From a virus (taxonomy: Duplodnaviria > Caudoviricetes), in IMG/VR virus record IMGVR_UViG_3300023060_000001, positions 32,001 through 96,000 of that record: a stretch of DNA of 64,000 nucleotides; one strand, written 5' to 3'. Shown here piece by piece: positions 61,284 to 64,000 of this stretch. The translations under genes were made by a program, and so were the position numbers. The first letter of the stretch is position 1, and the number at the start of each line of letters is the position of its first letter. The notes beneath the pieces were generated by a model, which saw only the letters and a program-made list of their open reading frames with translations, did no database searches and was not told the DNA's origin.

Positions 61284-62117
61284 GTGATAGATATGGCTCG
61301 TAAAGGGAAAAATTCAAGAAAGTCTCGTGGTAATACTGGAACTCCGTCAGCGCAGGTACGACACCCTAATAGAAATCCTAACAAAGGGGAATGTCGTGCG
61401 GATAGAGGGAATCGACAATTGATCGAAGAGCAACAAACAAGCAGAGAAGACTACGATTTATCTTGGTTCCAACCTACCGAGAAACAGAAGGAGATTGTCT
61501 ACTCTATGTGCGTAAATGACCTTACGATGGTACAAAGTGGTTCAGGTTGTGGTAAAAGTACTACTGCAGTTTGGCAAGCCCTTAAAATGTTGAAAAATGG
61601 AGATTTTAAAAAGATATTGCTTGTTAAGACAGCTTCGGAAGATAGTCCTGATATGGTTGGTTATTTAAGTGGGGACTTAAACTCTAAGTTAGAAGCTCAT
61701 ATGGTAGCTATGAGAAGTATCTTCACCACTTTCATGTCTAAGGCAAAACTAGAGATGGAAGAAAAAAGAGGACGTATCGAATTTGGCGTGCCTAATTTTA
61801 TAGCTGGGCGTACCTTCTATGATACTATCTTAATCATCGACGAATGCCAAAAGATGGATCAAGGTACTCTTAAACTGATAACGGAACGCCTCTCAGACAC
61901 GTCTATCTGTATTTTACTGGGAGACAAGGGTCAAAGGTATTCCGCCAAAAAACGTGAAGATGGTTTCACTAAGTTTGTAGAGTTAATCACTGATGTGGAT
62001 GAGGAAGGCCGTTACTCTAAAGAAGATTTAATGGGATATGTTGAGATGACTTCTGCGGACAACATGCGGGGGCGCTTATCTAGACGTATAGGTGAACTCT
62101 TTGAGGAAAATGAATAG
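61284..62117 (+). CDS. phoH: PhoH-like ATPase
   Basis: GSGCGKS; GYLSGDL..K; GRTF; IIDECQ; LGDKGQ. Confidence 0.9.
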   Translation: MIDMARKGKNSRKSRGNTGTPSAQVRHPNRNPNKGECRADRGNRQLIEEQQTSREDYDLSWFQPTEKQKEIVYSMCVNDLTMVQSGSGCGKSTTAVWQALKMLKNGDFKKILLVKTASEDSPDMVGYLSGDLNSKLEAHMVAMRSIFTTFMSKAKLEMEEKRGRIEFGVPNFIAGRTFYDTILIIDECQKMDQGTLKLITERLSDTSICILLGDKGQRYSAKKREDGFTKFVELITDVDEEGRYSKEDLMGYVEMTSADNMRGRLSRRIGELFEENE

Positions 62118-62148
62118 ACCCTTCGGGGTCTTCTTAAAGGAGTGAGGT

Positions 62149-62814
62149 GTGAGAAAAGACCACAGAAAAAGGCAATTAGCGGTATTAGTTGATGAAGATA
62201 ATTATAGTAGGAAGTACACAGACGGGGATGGTAAAAAGCAAAGTTGTCTAGAGTATGCAATACATCATAAAATACTAATGAGGACGGGAAATACTAAAAC
62301 CCAAGAGCATAGACCCACCTATAAAGGGTGTAGGGTTTCTGGTAACCTTAAAAACTATAATTATTTTGTTGAGTGGTGCAGATGTCAGAAAGGTTTTAAT
62401 ACGGAAGGTTGGGTTTTAGATAAAGATATTCTTTCAGGTAAAGATAAAATATACTCAGAAGATACTTGTGTATTTATACCTATGTGTGTTAATAGCTTCT
62501 TAACCTTCAGTAAAAGGACTAACTCTACATCAGTATATGCAGGGGTTTCGTGGCAGAAGAGTTATACTAAGTCAGGTGGAAAATATATAGTATCTTGTGC
62601 TCAACTAGACGGTAAAAATAAAACACTAGGGAGAACAACTTGTCCAAAGGAGGGTTATAAGCTTTACAGAAAAGAGAAAGTGAGATTAGCAAGAGTATTA
62701 GCTCAAAGATATTGCGGAATTGTAGATGACAGGGTTTATGAATATCTTAATAATTTTGAAAAGCACATAGACGATTTAGCAATAAAAGATCAAAACTACA
62801 AAGGAGAGGTATAA
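62149..62814 (+). CDS. Free-standing HNH-type homing endonuclease
   Basis: PTYKGCRV..FVEW..LDKDIL..IYSEDTCVFIP..N; AP2-like C-terminus. Confidence 0.7.
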   Translation: MRKDHRKRQLAVLVDEDNYSRKYTDGDGKKQSCLEYAIHHKILMRTGNTKTQEHRPTYKGCRVSGNLKNYNYFVEWCRCQKGFNTEGWVLDKDILSGKDKIYSEDTCVFIPMCVNSFLTFSKRTNSTSVYAGVSWQKSYTKSGGKYIVSCAQLDGKNKTLGRTTCPKEGYKLYRKEKVRLARVLAQRYCGIVDDRVYEYLNNFEKHIDDLAIKDQNYKGEV

Positions 62815-62815
62815 T

Positions 62816-63898
62816 ATGTATTACAAAGAAGATAACCATTTCGTAGAAGCGACCAAAGTACGTTCACGAGTTAAAAACTTATCTCATGAGATTTTCCTTG
62901 ATGAAAGTATTTCAGAACCTGAGTATTACCGAAACGCAATCTCATTGTTGCGTAACCAAGTGGCAGAAGGGGATGAAGTGGAAGTGTATATATCTAATGG
63001 TGGAGGTTTAGCACATACCGCAAGCATCCTTACAGACGCAATGACCTCCTGTAAAGGTAAATTAGTAGGTTATCTATCAGGGCAAATATGTTCTGCCGCT
63101 ACTATGATTGCCCTTAGTTGTGATGAGTGGGTTGTTGGCGAAGATATTTGTTTTATGGTGCATGGCTGTAGCTATGGGTTAGGCGGAAAGGGTACTGACA
63201 TATCCAATCAACAGGAATTCATGAAAAAGTGGTGTGAAAACACTTTCAGACGTACTTATACTGGTTTTCTTACAGAAGAAGAGATTGTTTTAACATTGGA
63301 ACATGGTAAAGAACATTGGTTTGATTCAGATGAGACAGCTAAAAGGTTAACTACTTTCAAAGAACATCAAGCTTCTTTGCAATCACAAGCCATGAATCAA
63401 ATGTTCGACCAACAAATTGCCGCCGAAGATGAAGCCCTTGACGCAGGATTGAATCACCTTCTTACAAGTGGAAAGGTAACCCAAGCAGAAGTGGATGCCA
63501 TTAAGAAAATCACTCCACTTTTAGATGAAGCTTTTGAATCTGGTGAAATTGATTTGGACAACCTTCCTGAAAGTGGGAAAACCTCCTCACAACAGGATTC
63601 CGATTATTCAAATGCTTTTGCCATCAACGTCAAAGATGAAATTGCGGCAATATGTATGTACACTTTAGACGAAGATGGTATTATTTCAGAAGTGGTGTTA
63701 GATGTTGCAGAATATGACAGTGAGGTTATTGTTTCCAATATTTGGCTAGAGGATAACCTTGACCGAAGTGAACTGATCACTTTAGCAAAGGATATTGGTG
63801 TCAAAGGTGTCGCTCATAACACTAAAGATTCTGGTAAAATTATAAACAAGATTATTGATTATGTGGATTGTCTTATTGAAAAAGAGGAAAACTCTTAG
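62816..63898 (+). CDS. ClpP-like protease with an acidic C-terminal extension
   Basis: ISNGGG; ICSAA (Ser nucleophile); FMVH. Confidence 0.8.
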   Translation: MYYKEDNHFVEATKVRSRVKNLSHEIFLDESISEPEYYRNAISLLRNQVAEGDEVEVYISNGGGLAHTASILTDAMTSCKGKLVGYLSGQICSAATMIALSCDEWVVGEDICFMVHGCSYGLGGKGTDISNQQEFMKKWCENTFRRTYTGFLTEEEIVLTLEHGKEHWFDSDETAKRLTTFKEHQASLQSQAMNQMFDQQIAAEDEALDAGLNHLLTSGKVTQAEVDAIKKITPLLDEAFESGEIDLDNLPESGKTSSQQDSDYSNAFAINVKDEIAAICMYTLDEDGIISEVVLDVAEYDSEVIVSNIWLEDNLDRSELITLAKDIGVKGVAHNTKDSGKIINKIIDYVDCLIEKEENS

Positions 63899-64000
63899 TG
63901 GAAAAGTTAACTGGGATAAAGTGTGAATCTATTATTGGGGAAGCTGTTCATGTCAGAGGTAATTTGTTTGAATACCGTAGAAGCGGTTACATAACCACTT

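Overview
This is a 64-kb, AT-rich segment of a large lytic myovirus genome. Gene content and order resemble ICP1/Felix O1/rV5-type phages of gammaproteobacteria (inference). The minus strand from 1 to 22 kb is the morphogenesis block: tape measure, tail chaperones with a -1 frameshift, tube, sheath, neck and adaptor genes, decoration proteins, major capsid, S49 protease/scaffold, portal and large terminase. Around 22.3-23 kb there is an RNA cluster with tRNA-Lys, tRNA-Arg and two copies of an unrecognised ~90-nt pseudoknotted RNA. From 23 to 29 kb (minus) are small genes, a DEDDh exonuclease and an RHH/PolA-like/HNH module. From 29.5 to 34.6 kb (plus) are holin-like genes and fibre genes. From 34.8 to 64 kb (plus) are early/middle genes, including ligase, a nucleotidyltransferase, a phosphoesterase, an RdgC-like protein, a 5'-3' exonuclease, MazG, ThyX, NrdA, an NrdB-glutaredoxin fusion, a GH108 endolysin, PhoH and a ClpP-like protein. 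The window is heavily loaded with selfish elements: three group I introns (tape measure, portal, nrdA), a class 3 intein in TerL, and at least four free-standing homing endonucleases. The most novel-looking signals are non-coding. They are the duplicated covarying pseudoknot RNA next to the tRNAs, a multi-hairpin RNA displaying anti-Shine-Dalgarno loops, a terminator/antiterminator leader, and hairpins that embed sigma70 promoters. All assignments were made by eye from motifs; no searches were run.
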